Shown here: positions 43,011-53,878 of the stretch, piece by piece
Layout: every line of letters begins with the position of its first letter
Numbering within the stretch: position 1 is the first letter of the stretch
Assembly: GCA_009859145.1 (NCBI GenBank)
Contig: VRVR01000061.1
Span: 62,001-126,000, forward strand
Reading direction: 5' to 3'
From: Andalucia godoyi And28
Taxonomy: Eukaryota > Protista > Jakobida
Length of the DNA: 64,000 nucleotides
Position numbers and translations under genes: made by a program
Notes under the pieces: model-generated
Told to the model about the DNA's origin: nothing
The model's database searches: none
The model's input: only the letters and a program-made list of their open reading frames with translations

Positions 43011-43313
43011 AACCGCAACTCAAAAAAAGAGAACGCCGAACTCGGAAGAGATGCCTGTGCTGCATTCCGACCGTAGATGGCGCTGTAGCCTCAACCGCCC
43101 ACGCAAGCAGTTTCCCGCTGTGGTCGTTAGTCGTTACAGTACGCATTCCCAATGCGTCGATTTCCCCGTTTTTCTTTTAAAAAATAATAATAATAAAATA
43201 AATTATAAAAACGTTTCAGCACTGAGCCGTGTTTTTCACTCCCCGTGAATATTTAAAACATAGCCATTCCTTCCACCGAAAAAAAATAATAGCAATATCC
43301 ATAGAGACACAGC

Positions 43314-45410
43314 ATGACTCGTGTTTCTCCGACTCCGTCTTCGCGGCGGCCACTGACGAGTCCCAATGCAGCAAACACGCCAAGCAAGAAACCAGTGTCG
43401 CAACCGGTGTCGAAACCTGTTGCAGCATCTCGTCCAATCGCTCTTGATTCGAATATTAATATTGATTCGAAGACGGATCCGAGCACCAACATTGATTTTG
43501 GCGCCAATGCAACGTCTCCGGTGCTGTATCGCTTTACCATTGATCTTCAGTCCATCACACTTACACATTCGCACCTAGCAGTTCCACAACCTAATTTATT
43601 CGTGTATTACCAGTATCCTGCATTCGGCACACATTCTCCGTTGCGATCGACGCCAGTTGTGGTTCCACGGTCTTCAACCTCGCCCACTGCGCTTCCAAAT
43701 GCCTTTTGCGCTTACGAATTCTCTACCGCCCCGCACATGCTTTATCGGGTCCTTGCGAGGACCCCACTGATCGTGCGTGTCTTCCACAGAGACGAGCTTG
43801 CGCAGGATACGCTGATTGGATATGCGGCTGTCCCACTCGTGCAAGTCCTCGAAGTCTCGCAGCATTCGTGCATTTGCGAAGCAGTCGTCTGCTCGTTCGA
43901 AGAGAAGAAAACGGCTTCCGCTCATGAGACGGAAGACGAAGAGAGAGTTGCGAAAGTCGGCGTCTTGTCTGTCGCATTGCATCTTGAAACGCTTTCCAAA
44001 AGTCTCGGCGGTCCTATTCCCAATTCTACCGTTTCCGCTGCATCGCAACTGCCAGCGCCACCACCACCGCATCCTCCTTCTTCACCGTCGTCGTCGCCAG
44101 AGTCTGCTGCATCTGCGGTTGTGGGTTCAACAAAGTCAAAGATCGATGCACATGCCAGCTCCCGTGAGCGACAACCTGTTTCCGAATCCGAGTCAAAACC
44201 GCTGGCAGCAAGCGAAAGCTGGCCGGGAGAAAAACGGGCACACGAGAAGAAGACAGAATTGATTGGTGGAGACGCGTCGGAGGAAGCACTATCGGCAGTG
44301 CGATCTACTGCGGAATACAGCGCGGCGTACGACTTGGAAGTATGGAGAGTTGAGCAAAAATCGTTGTTCCTCACGCGACTCCACGCCCTTGAAAAATCCC
44401 ACTTGGCAGAGCTCAGTGCAAAGTTTGCCACATTTGAAACGTCGCGACTTGCCGAGCTGGATGCTTTGGAAAAAGATTTGAAATCTCGTGCGTCGCTGCT
44501 TGAAAAGCGAGAGGCAAAGCTGGTTGCAGCAGAGGCAGAAACCAAGAGGAAGAGAGCCGAGGTGGACGGATTGGTGGCGAAAATGACTACGGAATGCGCA
44601 GAGCGCATTCGAAGAATGAAGGAGGAGACAGAGCATCGGATGGCGCTTGAGCGCATGCGCAGCTCTGAGGCACAGAAGGAGAAGAAGGAAGCGGTGGCAA
44701 AGGCCGAAGCGCTTGCTGCAAAACTCGATGCGCTCATGGACGAGCACACCAAACTTCGGAAAGATGTATACGCTCCCGCGAATGGATCCATCGAAGCAAG
44801 GCTTGCAGAGCAGACCAAGAAGGCCGATCGGTACGAGGCGAAGTACAAAAAATACAAGGAGTTGTACGTGGAACTCAAAGCTTCGTTTGGGGTATCTGCC
44901 CTGGTTTCTTCGTCGGTTGGGCCGTCTGCCGGCTTCTCTGCAGCAGCGCAGGGTCCGAATGTCGGCGCGCCGCCGACAGCGATGAGCGATGCGGAGGGAG
45001 AAAGGGGAATTGACGGTCTTGAAAAGAGAATTTTAATGGCTTCGGAGAGAGAGCTCGAGGAGGAGCAAGGTACCCTTGCAACACTGAAGCAGATGGCTGC
45101 TGTCATTCTCCAAAACCAATCTCTGCAGCCTCGCCCGCAGCAACCACAGCCACAACCACAACCACAACCACAACCACAACCACAACCACAACCACAACCA
45201 CAACCGCAACCGCAACCGCAAGTGCAGCCACAGGTGCAAGCAAGCCAGCAGACAGAGCGGTTCGAGAATGCAGTCAGCAAGAAATCGACGAGCAGCGAAG
45301 TCGAACGCCTGCAAAAAGAGCGAGAACGACTTCTTGCAACTGGCGTATATACGCTTGACGACTATGTCATTCGAAGACTTTCTTTGCAAATCCAATCTGC
45401 AAGTGCCTAG
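43314..45410 (+). CDS. CEP120: CEP120-like centriolar protein (one C2 domain + coiled coil)
   Basis: C2 YQYPAFG...NAFCAYEF...PLIVRVFHRD..DTLIG; EYSAAYDLEVWR; C-terminal ERLLATGVYTLDD. Confidence 0.8.
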   Translation: MTRVSPTPSSRRPLTSPNAANTPSKKPVSQPVSKPVAASRPIALDSNINIDSKTDPSTNIDFGANATSPVLYRFTIDLQSITLTHSHLAVPQPNLFVYYQYPAFGTHSPLRSTPVVVPRSSTSPTALPNAFCAYEFSTAPHMLYRVLARTPLIVRVFHRDELAQDTLIGYAAVPLVQVLEVSQHSCICEAVVCSFEEKKTASAHETEDEERVAKVGVLSVALHLETLSKSLGGPIPNSTVSAASQLPAPPPPHPPSSPSSSPESAASAVVGSTKSKIDAHASSRERQPVSESESKPLAASESWPGEKRAHEKKTELIGGDASEEALSAVRSTAEYSAAYDLEVWRVEQKSLFLTRLHALEKSHLAELSAKFATFETSRLAELDALEKDLKSRASLLEKREAKLVAAEAETKRKRAEVDGLVAKMTTECAERIRRMKEETEHRMALERMRSSEAQKEKKEAVAKAEALAAKLDALMDEHTKLRKDVYAPANGSIEARLAEQTKKADRYEAKYKKYKELYVELKASFGVSALVSSSVGPSAGFSAAAQGPNVGAPPTAMSDAEGERGIDGLEKRILMASERELEEEQGTLATLKQMAAVILQNQSLQPRPQQPQPQPQPQPQPQPQPQPQPQPQPQPQVQPQVQASQQTERFENAVSKKSTSSEVERLQKERERLLATGVYTLDDYVIRRLSLQIQSASA

Positions 45411-45712
45411 TCCTGCGGCCGCCTGCTCTCCAACAGGTAAACGCATGGCCTAATAATAAAATTTAAAAATAATAATAATAATAAAAGACTGAGCGTGAAA
45501 CGGCTGTAGTCTCCAGCGGAAAAGCCTTTCATGCTTGCGTGAATGTATGTAATGCAGAGAGTTAGGACGACAGATGAGAAAGAATTCTTTTCTTATGTAA
45601 AGTGAAAAACGGGAAAAAAACCAAGGAAAAAACAGTTTGTTTCTCTGTTTGAAAGGTTTTCTTCTCGGGGTGCGTGTTGAATAGTGGATTGTGAATTGTG
45701 AGAGGCGCAGAG

Positions 45713-46615
45713 ATGTCCTATAGTGCCTTGGACGGCAGCAGTACGAGTAAGCAGGGTGGTCGAGGCCGAGGCGGCCAGCCCGCGAATGGGTCAAAGTACT
45801 CGGCTGGAGGGTGGGGGGAGTCCACTGCGACGACGGGTCACTATGAAAGTTCGTACCAGGCGTCGTCGGGGGCATCGGGATCGTCATCGGCGGCAGCTTC
45901 GGCGGTTGGGCATAATCCTGCTTCGGACTTTGTGTCGCAGCAGGTGCAAAAGATCCTTGCGCTGTCGAAAAAGATTGAAAATGAAAAGACTCCGGAGGGC
46001 ATCCACAGCTACGTGAGCCAAATATCGGCGTGTGCGAATGCATCGCGATCAAAGATCGAGGCGTCAAAGGGGCTTCATCAGGTGTCGCAGCGTGTGCAAC
46101 TTGAGCTGGAGGCAGCTTTGGCAAAGTCTACGGCTGCAGCAGGTCGTGCGTCCGATCGCATTAAGCGAGAGTCTGTAATGCTTCGGAACCAGATCTCCCA
46201 GCAGCAACACCAGCTTGATGTCGAATCGGGACAGGGTCGCACACAGAGCAGCTATGCGGGGCAGAGCCAAGCACAAGCTCAAGAAAGAGTAATGCTTGCA
46301 GACGAGCTGTCGACTAACGAAAAGCTCATCGAGGAGCGCGATAGGGAACTCGCAGACATTGAAGCGGCGATCTACGACGTGAACTCCATCGTCAAGGATC
46401 TTGCTGAAAAGGTGCACGCACAGGGTGATCAGATGGATCTCATTGAGCACCAAGTGGCGAAAACAGCAGGAATCACAACCAAGGCTGCAAAGGAACTGGA
46501 CGCTGCATCGGAATACCAAAAATCGGCAAGAAAGAAAATGTGCTGCTTGCTTGTCATCTTTGTCGTCATTGGAGCGGCGATTGCAATCGTCGTTTTTGGA
46601 GTCATGAAGAAGTAA
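45713..46615 (+). CDS. Syntaxin (Qa-SNARE, STX7/12/Pep12-like)
   Basis: IEERDRELADIE..IYDVNSI.KDLA..V..QGDQMDLIE SNARE motif and a C-terminal TM anchor. Confidence 0.9.
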   Translation: MSYSALDGSSTSKQGGRGRGGQPANGSKYSAGGWGESTATTGHYESSYQASSGASGSSSAAASAVGHNPASDFVSQQVQKILALSKKIENEKTPEGIHSYVSQISACANASRSKIEASKGLHQVSQRVQLELEAALAKSTAAAGRASDRIKRESVMLRNQISQQQHQLDVESGQGRTQSSYAGQSQAQAQERVMLADELSTNEKLIEERDRELADIEAAIYDVNSIVKDLAEKVHAQGDQMDLIEHQVAKTAGITTKAAKELDAASEYQKSARKKMCCLLVIFVVIGAAIAIVVFGVMKK

Positions 46616-46786
46616 ACAATTCACGAAAATGCTGTTTTTTTTTGTTTCGGGATACTCTCTCTTCTCAGTCTTCTCGGATACTGTACCAGTACTTCCCTTG
46701 GACAAAATGAATACAGTAAGATTGCATAAATAACAAAAAGCAATAACAAACCAGCAATATAAAAACAGCAAGAAGGCACACACATT

Positions 46787-48496
46787 CTAATTCGAAGCGT
46801 TTCGTTTGGCCCCGCATTCGCTGCAAAACTTGGCAAAAGCAGTCGGAAACGGAAAATTGCATTCGTGACAAGCACTTTCCGGAGTTCGAGACGAGTTGAG
46901 AGACGAACGGTGAGATGCATAGTCATAGAACTTGAGACTCTCCACATCGCGTACGGGAGACTGGTCACTCCGTGGAAGACAAGGAAGATCATCGATCTCT
47001 GACAGGTCTTGCATTTTCGGTTTGGGGCTTGCTGCTGCCGGTATCTTCCTGGGAGACCTCGATTCCTTTGCGGCAGCTTTCTTCATTGACTCTCCGGCAA
47101 CGGAGGACGCATTCATATTCTGCGATTCCGAAATGGAATGTGCAGAGCCGCTTTCTGAAGGTGGTGCAGGAGAAGATGCAGTTGCCGGGGACGCTTTTGG
47201 CTGGAAAGAAGAGGCACGCTTCGCCGGCTTTTCCTGTGTACACAAACGATGATGGACTTCGATTCTGTCTCGCGCAAAAGTGCGTCCACACCATTGGCAC
47301 GGAACCAGGAAATCATTCTCCGGAGGCGTCGGGGCTCTTCCAGCTTCTGCACTGCGGGACCCGCACTCACCAGAGGATCTCAGCGAATCGCCAGAGATTG
47401 GCGACGCGGCTGCGTGAATCGCCGCAATATCATCTTCATCGCCAAACAGCTGAAATGTGTCTGGTGACGGCGGTTCTTTTCCGGGATGTCGCTTTCTCCA
47501 CACTTCTTCACAGCCATTCTTCCAATGAATGGGAATGCTGCTTCTTCCGTACATCTTTCCACACGAAGGGCACAACACCGTAATTGGACCCTTCGCTTTT
47601 GCTCGTCGCATTTCCCTCTCTTCTTCGTACGCGTCCATCCGCGACGTGTTTTTCGAACACGTCGCAACGTGCGCAACGCACGTCTCCATCTCGAATCGCC
47701 GCTTGCAATGCGGACACGCAACGCGTGTAACTTGTTCATAGGTCTGGCGAGCAAGATCCGTATATGCTTCAAGCTGCGCCCTCGAAAGCTGCTCACTGAA
47801 CACCGTTTCGATCCTAGCTCCATCGGTTTCCTCCAGCGACGCACACAGTTCTGGATCGAGCTGCTGCAGCACCACATCCACTCTTGGAACTTTTGGCTTC
47901 AGTTGCATTGGAATCGCACAGATCCGCTTTTCGTGCTTGTCCTTGCATATGTACAAGTGCCGTCCAAGCGAATGAACGCCAAAGCCTCGGCAACAGTAGT
48001 GGCATGTAAGCAACACCGGCCCGCCACTCACGGGGCTCCTTCCCCCTCCCCCACCACCGGTACTAGCGCTGCTACCATCACTACGGCTGGCGCTTGTGCT
48101 TGTGCTTGTGCTTGCAGCATTGAGGGAACCGACAGGCCGGTGTGAAACAGACATGGAGACCTTCTTCGTACCGTTGCACGAGTCCAAATGACGCACCAAC
48201 GCATCCACGTTAAACGACCGCCCGCAGCCCGTACAGCGGTTAAGGGCCGCGTGCGCAAAAATCTCGAATGCTTGGTCATTGTACTCCTGCATTTCAGCCT
48301 TGTTCTTCACGGACAAAGGAAGCGAAAGCGGCATTTCTGGAGGAGACTGGCGCATCAGTGCAGGCAATCGAGACTGTTCCAAAACGTACTTTTCCGCACA
48401 TTTTGGAAGATGCAGCGGCAACGAGGCCGTTCCAAATGACTTTCCACACAAATGACATATCGGAGTTAATGGCGGTGCACCCGGCCCACTGCTCAT
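46787..48496 (-). CDS. C2HC zinc-finger repeat protein (zf-C2HC_2; ZNF474/ZC2HC1-like)
   Basis: Repeated Cx2CGx2Fx4-6L/I/VxHx3C fingers and a C-terminal zinc ribbon CHEC...FCSECG. Confidence 0.85.
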   Translation of the reverse strand: MSSGPGAPPLTPICHLCGKSFGTASLPLHLPKCAEKYVLEQSRLPALMRQSPPEMPLSLPLSVKNKAEMQEYNDQAFEIFAHAALNRCTGCGRSFNVDALVRHLDSCNGTKKVSMSVSHRPVGSLNAASTSTSTSASRSDGSSASTGGGGGGRSPVSGGPVLLTCHYCCRGFGVHSLGRHLYICKDKHEKRICAIPMQLKPKVPRVDVVLQQLDPELCASLEETDGARIETVFSEQLSRAQLEAYTDLARQTYEQVTRVACPHCKRRFEMETCVAHVATCSKNTSRMDAYEEEREMRRAKAKGPITVLCPSCGKMYGRSSIPIHWKNGCEEVWRKRHPGKEPPSPDTFQLFGDEDDIAAIHAAASPISGDSLRSSGECGSRSAEAGRAPTPPENDFLVPCQWCGRTFARDRIEVHHRLCTQEKPAKRASSFQPKASPATASSPAPPSESGSAHSISESQNMNASSVAGESMKKAAAKESRSPRKIPAAASPKPKMQDLSEIDDLPCLPRSDQSPVRDVESLKFYDYASHRSSLNSSRTPESACHECNFPFPTAFAKFCSECGAKRNASN

Positions 48497-48728
48497 TCGA
48501 CCGCAACAAAACAGAAAGATACAAAAAAAGCAATATATATATGTAATAATAATAATAACAGGAATAAAGTGAAATGAAAAAGAGTGAAGGAACAATCATT
48601 AAAAGCCATTAGGAAGGTCGATCGACGATTGGGTGGAAGGACGTTCCAGGGTTACAGCAGATTGCTGCGTGACAGCAGCTGGGGGGCTGGCGGCAGACGA
48701 TAGATATAGCTGTACTCAACGTTGCGAA

Positions 48729-50209
48729 TCACGCAGGATCGGACTGCGGGATTGCCTGTGGCGGGGGCACGATCGGTGCGGCAATGGTTCTTCGCCTGGA
48801 CAGAAGCCAGAACGAAACACCGAGAAGCGCAACACCTGTCCATATCCAGTGGCGTGAGCAGTTGTTTCGGAGCCAGTTGCGCGTGCATGACACCCAGCCA
48901 TTATCCGCGGAAGAGGATGTAAGAGCTTTGGTGCCAACTGCATGAGAGTTGTGACAGAGAAGTTCTTGCGCTTGCGCTTCGTCCGCGAGCAAAACAACGC
49001 CTTCGGGGTGGACGACTGGCGCTGCTCCCACATCTTGTGCACCAACTGTGATCTCCGCAAGTCCTGAAGACTGTAGAGAACCAGAGGAGGTGCTCGTAAA
49101 TGACTCGGACCGTCTATCGCGGTTCCGCTCAATCCACTCTCGAACGTATCCGCGCGTCTGTCCAGCATCCGAGCCAACCTGAATGAGTTCTTCGAGCTCT
49201 GCAAGAAGCGGCAGGAAGAGGTCCGTGGATTGCTTCAGAAACGAACGAAGACCTCGTCTTGGAAACAATTTCAACTCCTCCATGTACTCGAGAAATACTG
49301 ACAACTTGTTACGCTCTTCCGAGGAAAAGACGCTGGTCATAGCTGCCATAGCCTGGACCGTCCTCCTCAGCTGGTCCGACAGCGAGTACGTCATCCAGTA
49401 CCACGAAATAAGCGACGCATCCACGAACACAGCTTCTGACGATGCTTCTGAGTGAGCGATGAGGCGTCTGAATATTCCAGCACCTCTGCAACTCGATCCA
49501 CATACTCGGGCAGTGTCGTACAGAATCCATCACGGGACGCGCCGTCAATGGCCTCATTATACTCTTGGCTTGCATACTTTGCAACATGTGGCTTGTACAT
49601 ATCCTCGCTGCAAACAGACCGAAACCACTCTTCGTTTCCAAGCAATGCAGAAACAGATCCCCCAAGCTCCGTGGTCGTACTGCTACCCCCACTGCTGCTG
49701 CTGATTGCTAGGACGCGACTGGCCACGAATTGCGAAAGCGTATCCACCGAGCCGTTCCACTCTGCCGCGGCACCCACAAGCTCGTGAAATCGCAGCGGAA
49801 GCACTGCAAAAAGCATTGGCTTTGGAAAGACCCGCACCATGTGGTCCCAAAAATCATTATACGCGCCAAGTGTTTCAGCGATCCGACTCAGCTCCGCGTG
49901 GACAAGTGCTAGAAATGCGCGGCTCGCATCCTCGAGCTTTGTAGCCCACTCATCCCGGATTTCAGGATCCAGAGAATCTGTCTCGTCAAGCAAGTCTAGC
50001 ATCGCCGCCACAGACGACTGAAACATCATTAGAAATGAAACGCTGTCATTCACAAACCCACGTGCAGACTTCCGAGCCGCATCGTTCGGACCATCCAGGT
50101 TCGACGTATGATACGTTATCCGCTGTGCCGCATCTCGTAATCCATGCAATCCACCATCCATTCTCCGAGCTCTCCCCACTTCTCTGGTCCTCTTGCCTTC
50201 ATCCTGCAT
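48729..50209 (-). CDS. Hypothetical helical protein, split into two overlapping ORFs (49391..50209 and 48729..49430)
   Basis: Both ORFs have protein-like composition and overlap by 40 nt in different frames. The cause could be a frameshift, a small intron or two genes. Confidence 0.5.
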
Positions 50210-50344
50210 CCTATGTGTGACTTTTAACGTCCGTTGCCCTTTATTTTACAATTCCGTCCTTTTTTTTTGACAACTGACATGCAGCAAAATAATAAAAAAA
50301 CACGCGCCATCTGTTCGACAAATGACAACATCAAAACCCCCCGA

Positions 50345-50554
50345 TTATGGATTCACCGGATTGCCATTTGCGGCTAATTTCCGATTGGGGTCCAAGTGAA
50401 TTCGGAGCGTGGAGACATAGGCCGTTAAGATCTCGTTTTCCTTTCGAATGTCCGAGTGCAAGTGTGACAGGCTTGACAGTCTTCCTTGGGTCTGTTGCAA
50501 CGTCGCAGTTAGTCGCTGCAACGACGTTTCAAGACCGGTTACCACCCTTTCCAT
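50345..50554 (-). CDS. Small coiled-coil protein (69 aa), possibly DASH/Dam1 subunit Dad4-like
   Basis: Isolated ORF between T-rich spacers. The helical heptads and Y-x-S-x4-HL end resemble Dad4. Confidence 0.4.
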   Translation of the reverse strand: MERVVTGLETSLQRLTATLQQTQGRLSSLSHLHSDIRKENEILTAYVSTLRIHLDPNRKLAANGNPVNP

Positions 50555-50823
50555 CCCTCTGTTCTCTCCTCTCCCCCCCCCAAATCAACAGAAAACCAGA
50601 AGAAAAAAATAACAACAACAACAGCAAAAAAATAATAAAAATAATTGAAAATAAAAAATTAAAAAAAAGCAACAACAAAAATCGACAGTGTCACTGCGGA
50701 GTGTGAGGACAGCAGACGGAGTTCATTTTTTCCCTTCATATTTTCTTTCCGTTTGTCCTTCCTCTGCTGCTTGTCAAGCTTGTTCATTCGTTCTTTTATT
50801 ATTATTATTTAATAATATAAATT

Positions 50824-51580
50824 ATGGAAGGGGAGGAAGAGCCGAGAATTAGCTGGAGGAAAGCCATGGAGCGGCCAACGGATGCAGTGTTCCTCGCGGG
50901 GGGGGGGGGGGGGGAGTCGCCGTTTTGAAGTTACAAATCGAGTACGCCGGCATGTGAATGACAGCCTGAAAAAAAAAATCTCTTTTACTGCTTTTTGCCA
51001 GGCGAGCCAAGTTCGGAGTGCGGTTCGGTAAAGTCTGGACCCTGTGCAGAGTGACATTCGGGATGTTCCGGACACGAAGCCTGAAGCTGCGGATCGTGCA
51101 ATGTACCTCGAGCTGGATCGGTTTGAGCGTCGCACAAAGGCATCTGCGAGAATCGTTCTGATTTCTGATGACATTGACTTTGCTGGAAAACTTGGCGATC
51201 TGGTGCACCAGGTCGGATACGAGGTCGTCATCATCGTGAATGGACATGCTTGGCAGGGGCTTCGAGAAGCGGAGACTCTATATTTTGACTGGAAACAAAG
51301 TTGCATCGCCGCTGTCATCAAGCATTGCGGATGTTGGTGCAGCAGGAGTGGAGAGTGGACCCGTCCAGCGATGCTCGGTTGCTTCACTGCGAAGCGCGCA
51401 ATCATATGTTGAAATGCCCTAAATGCTCGAGCAGATTTTGAATCGGAGATCGACCTCCAGATACACATGGTTGAGAACGCGCACTTTTACACTTGCGCAG
51501 TATGCGGGAATCCCTTTTGACAGCGAGATTGCCCCTTTCCAGCCACGCTGCTTGCAACACTTCTCCGTGAACTCGTGAGC
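50824..51580 (+). pseudogene. NYN (PIN-like) RNase domain + C2H2 zinc fingers, disrupted
   Basis: FEVTNRVRR...DVPDTKPEAADRAM...IVLISDDIDF...GYEV is an NYN core. Downstream CPKC..F...LQIHM..H and CAVC..F are broken by homopolymer frameshifts. In-frame TAA at 51029 and a G17 run at 50898-50914. Confidence 0.7.
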
Positions 51581-51700
51581 TCAAATTGGTCATCTTCCAG
51601 GTTCCATGCCCACGGAACGATACGGCTTTGCCTGTTTTTATTTGTAAACAACGCAACACAACCCGAAAAAAATTGGATTCTGAAGATCGCATGTTTCAGG

Positions 51701-53878
51701 TCAGGAACGGAAAATGGCCATTTGCGATGCCGTTGCATAGGACTCGCCCACAAAATTGGTGACGCTCCAGAACTTTTCAATCAAGACATGCAAGTGCGTG
51801 TCGGACACCTCTTCTCGTAGCCGCTTCCAACGACCTCTCAAATTCAGCGCAAGATCAATGACACTCACTTGCTTTCCAGGATTTGAGGAGTCCTTTCTGA
51901 GCCCCCTTCCCAGCTGCTGAACAAACACGATTTCAGAATCGGTCTGTCTTGCCAAGATAATGCAATCCACTCCAGGAACATCAAAGCCTTCGTTGATCAT
52001 TTGGACCGAAACAAGGATGCGGATTCGCCCGGACACAAATTGCCGGAACACATCCATCGCATCCCTGACTTGGTAATGGGCCACTCCGCAGGAAATTCTG
52101 TTGGACGCAAACAGCCGTCCGCAGTGATTGGCGACTTCAATAGATGGCGCAAAGACAAGGACGCTATGCTTGGGTTCCAGACCCGAAATCAATCTGGAGT
52201 GCTCAAAATCGAGAAAAGCACACACAATCCGGTTTGCCACCGCGCTGGCGTGCGCATCCCTTGCAGCCACGTTCATCTTTCGAGAAGGGCCCTTCGGAGG
52301 TGCATAGTCTGCAAATTCTGGTCGCTTCCACAGTTCGGCATTTGAGGAGTCCAAGGATTTCAAAAAGTCCTGCACGGTAATTTTGCGGGACAGCAGAGGG
52401 TTGACCAGCTGACCGTACGTTGGGATGTCGCGGCCATCTCGTGCATCCAGCAGCGGCAAGAATTCGAGATACTCGACAGGGGGAAAGTATCCCAGATCCT
52501 TTGCGATGTTCCATGGCAAGTCGACGTACACAACACCAGCAAACAGAGAGCGCAGCCTTTCTCCGCGGGGATCTTCTCGATGGAACAACGTTGCGGTCAT
52601 TCCAAGCATGTACTTCAGGCTGGGACTGGAAGCAAGTGTATCATAAACACGCCGGTAAGTCGTTGCCATGACGTGATGCACTTCGTCCATCACAACATGA
52701 GACACACGTCCTACAAACGATGCAGGAAGTCTATCGAACGACTGAAACAAACAAAACACAAACTGGACTTCTTCCAAATTCAAACCTGCAGACGCCGAAG
52801 CCGAAGCCGAAGCCGAAGCCGAAGCCGAAGCCGCAGCCGACGCCGTAGACGACCCTTCCATGAGCATGAACGCCCGTTCTGGATATCCCAGCCTAGTAAA
52901 ATGATGCTTGAACTTTGCAAACGCAGCATCGCGAATGGCTCTCGTGTGCACAAGAAACAGAAACGCAAAAGGATGGACGTCGGTTCGGGAATTTTCCGCT
53001 CTTTGGGCCTCATCGCCTTCATTTAACAACTCTTTATCACCATCGCCGTCATCGTCGTCATCGTCACCTCTGCTATCGCCGTCTTTCGTTGCTCTGCGTT
53101 TTTGCTTGCTCTTCTCCGCAATTACTTCTGATGCAAGGGGTTCTTCAGCACACGAATCTTCGTTTCCGGGATGATCCAGAATCCATGAAGTAAGCTGGTC
53201 AACGGTTGCCAACGGTCCCAGTGCCAATGCAGCCTGGTGTGCGTCAGCAGTACCAAAACCGATGTTCACAAGCTGTGCCAGAACAGCATCGGTGATTCCA
53301 GACTTTGAGACCTTTTCCTTCCTGCGAATGGTGGTTGATTCCGCAGCATGCTTCCTTTGCCGTTTCTCTGCCATCCTGGATGACATTAGCTGATTTTTCC
53401 CAACGGAAAGAACAGCCGGCATTGCAAATTCGGGATCATCAAGAGAAGTTCGCAGGGATTCAATAGACTGTTGGATGTCAAGGACGGAAAGCACTGTTTT
53501 CCCGCATGCCGTCGCCATCACAAGTAGTCCAGTGGAATGCTGCACACGCAGACGAACATGCTGCATGTGCTGGAGCAGCTTCTCCTGGAGCTTCGAAGGC
53601 TGAAACAGACCCGAGGCAGACGCAGGAGGAAATGAAGGGTCAGTCCCTTGCAAGTCTTCTAGAGACAAGGCGTATTGCGAGTCTTCGCTTGCCACCGTCT
53701 TCACGTCGTCACCAGCCGTAGTTTCGAGCTCGAAATCCGCTGACAGCGGAATGTACGACAGCTGGCGCTTCCTGTACAGGTCTTTCCGGACGACTCCCTG
53801 CACGATGCGCTCGACATCATTGACGGAAATGGAGTCCTGTAACAGTCGATCGAGTATTTTCTGAACAGCTCGATTCAT
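51701..53878 (-). CDS. SF2 (ResIII/Irc3/YejH-like) helicase with an inserted UBA domain
   Basis: MATACGKT, FLVH, DEVHH, GMTAT, NEGFDVP and QQLGRGLRK. UBA-like LAQLVNIGFG..DAHQAALAL....DQLTSWILDH lies between motifs I and Ia. Confidence 0.88.
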   Translation of the reverse strand: MNRAVQKILDRLLQDSISVNDVERIVQGVVRKDLYRKRQLSYIPLSADFELETTAGDDVKTVASEDSQYALSLEDLQGTDPSFPPASASGLFQPSKLQEKLLQHMQHVRLRVQHSTGLLVMATACGKTVLSVLDIQQSIESLRTSLDDPEFAMPAVLSVGKNQLMSSRMAEKRQRKHAAESTTIRRKEKVSKSGITDAVLAQLVNIGFGTADAHQAALALGPLATVDQLTSWILDHPGNEDSCAEEPLASEVIAEKSKQKRRATKDGDSRGDDDDDDGDGDKELLNEGDEAQRAENSRTDVHPFAFLFLVHTRAIRDAAFAKFKHHFTRLGYPERAFMLMEGSSTASAAASASASASASASASAGLNLEEVQFVFCLFQSFDRLPASFVGRVSHVVMDEVHHVMATTYRRVYDTLASSPSLKYMLGMTATLFHREDPRGERLRSLFAGVVYVDLPWNIAKDLGYFPPVEYLEFLPLLDARDGRDIPTYGQLVNPLLSRKITVQDFLKSLDSSNAELWKRPEFADYAPPKGPSRKMNVAARDAHASAVANRIVCAFLDFEHSRLISGLEPKHSVLVFAPSIEVANHCGRLFASNRISCGVAHYQVRDAMDVFRQFVSGRIRILVSVQMINEGFDVPGVDCIILARQTDSEIVFVQQLGRGLRKDSSNPGKQVSVIDLALNLRGRWKRLREEVSDTHLHVLIEKFWSVTNFVGESYATASQMAIFRS

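Noticed and set aside
43922-45280. 452-aa ORF on - strand with (CG)n repeat
   Set aside because: Antisense shadow of CEP120; the Cys-Gly run is just the reverse of the QP microsatellite.
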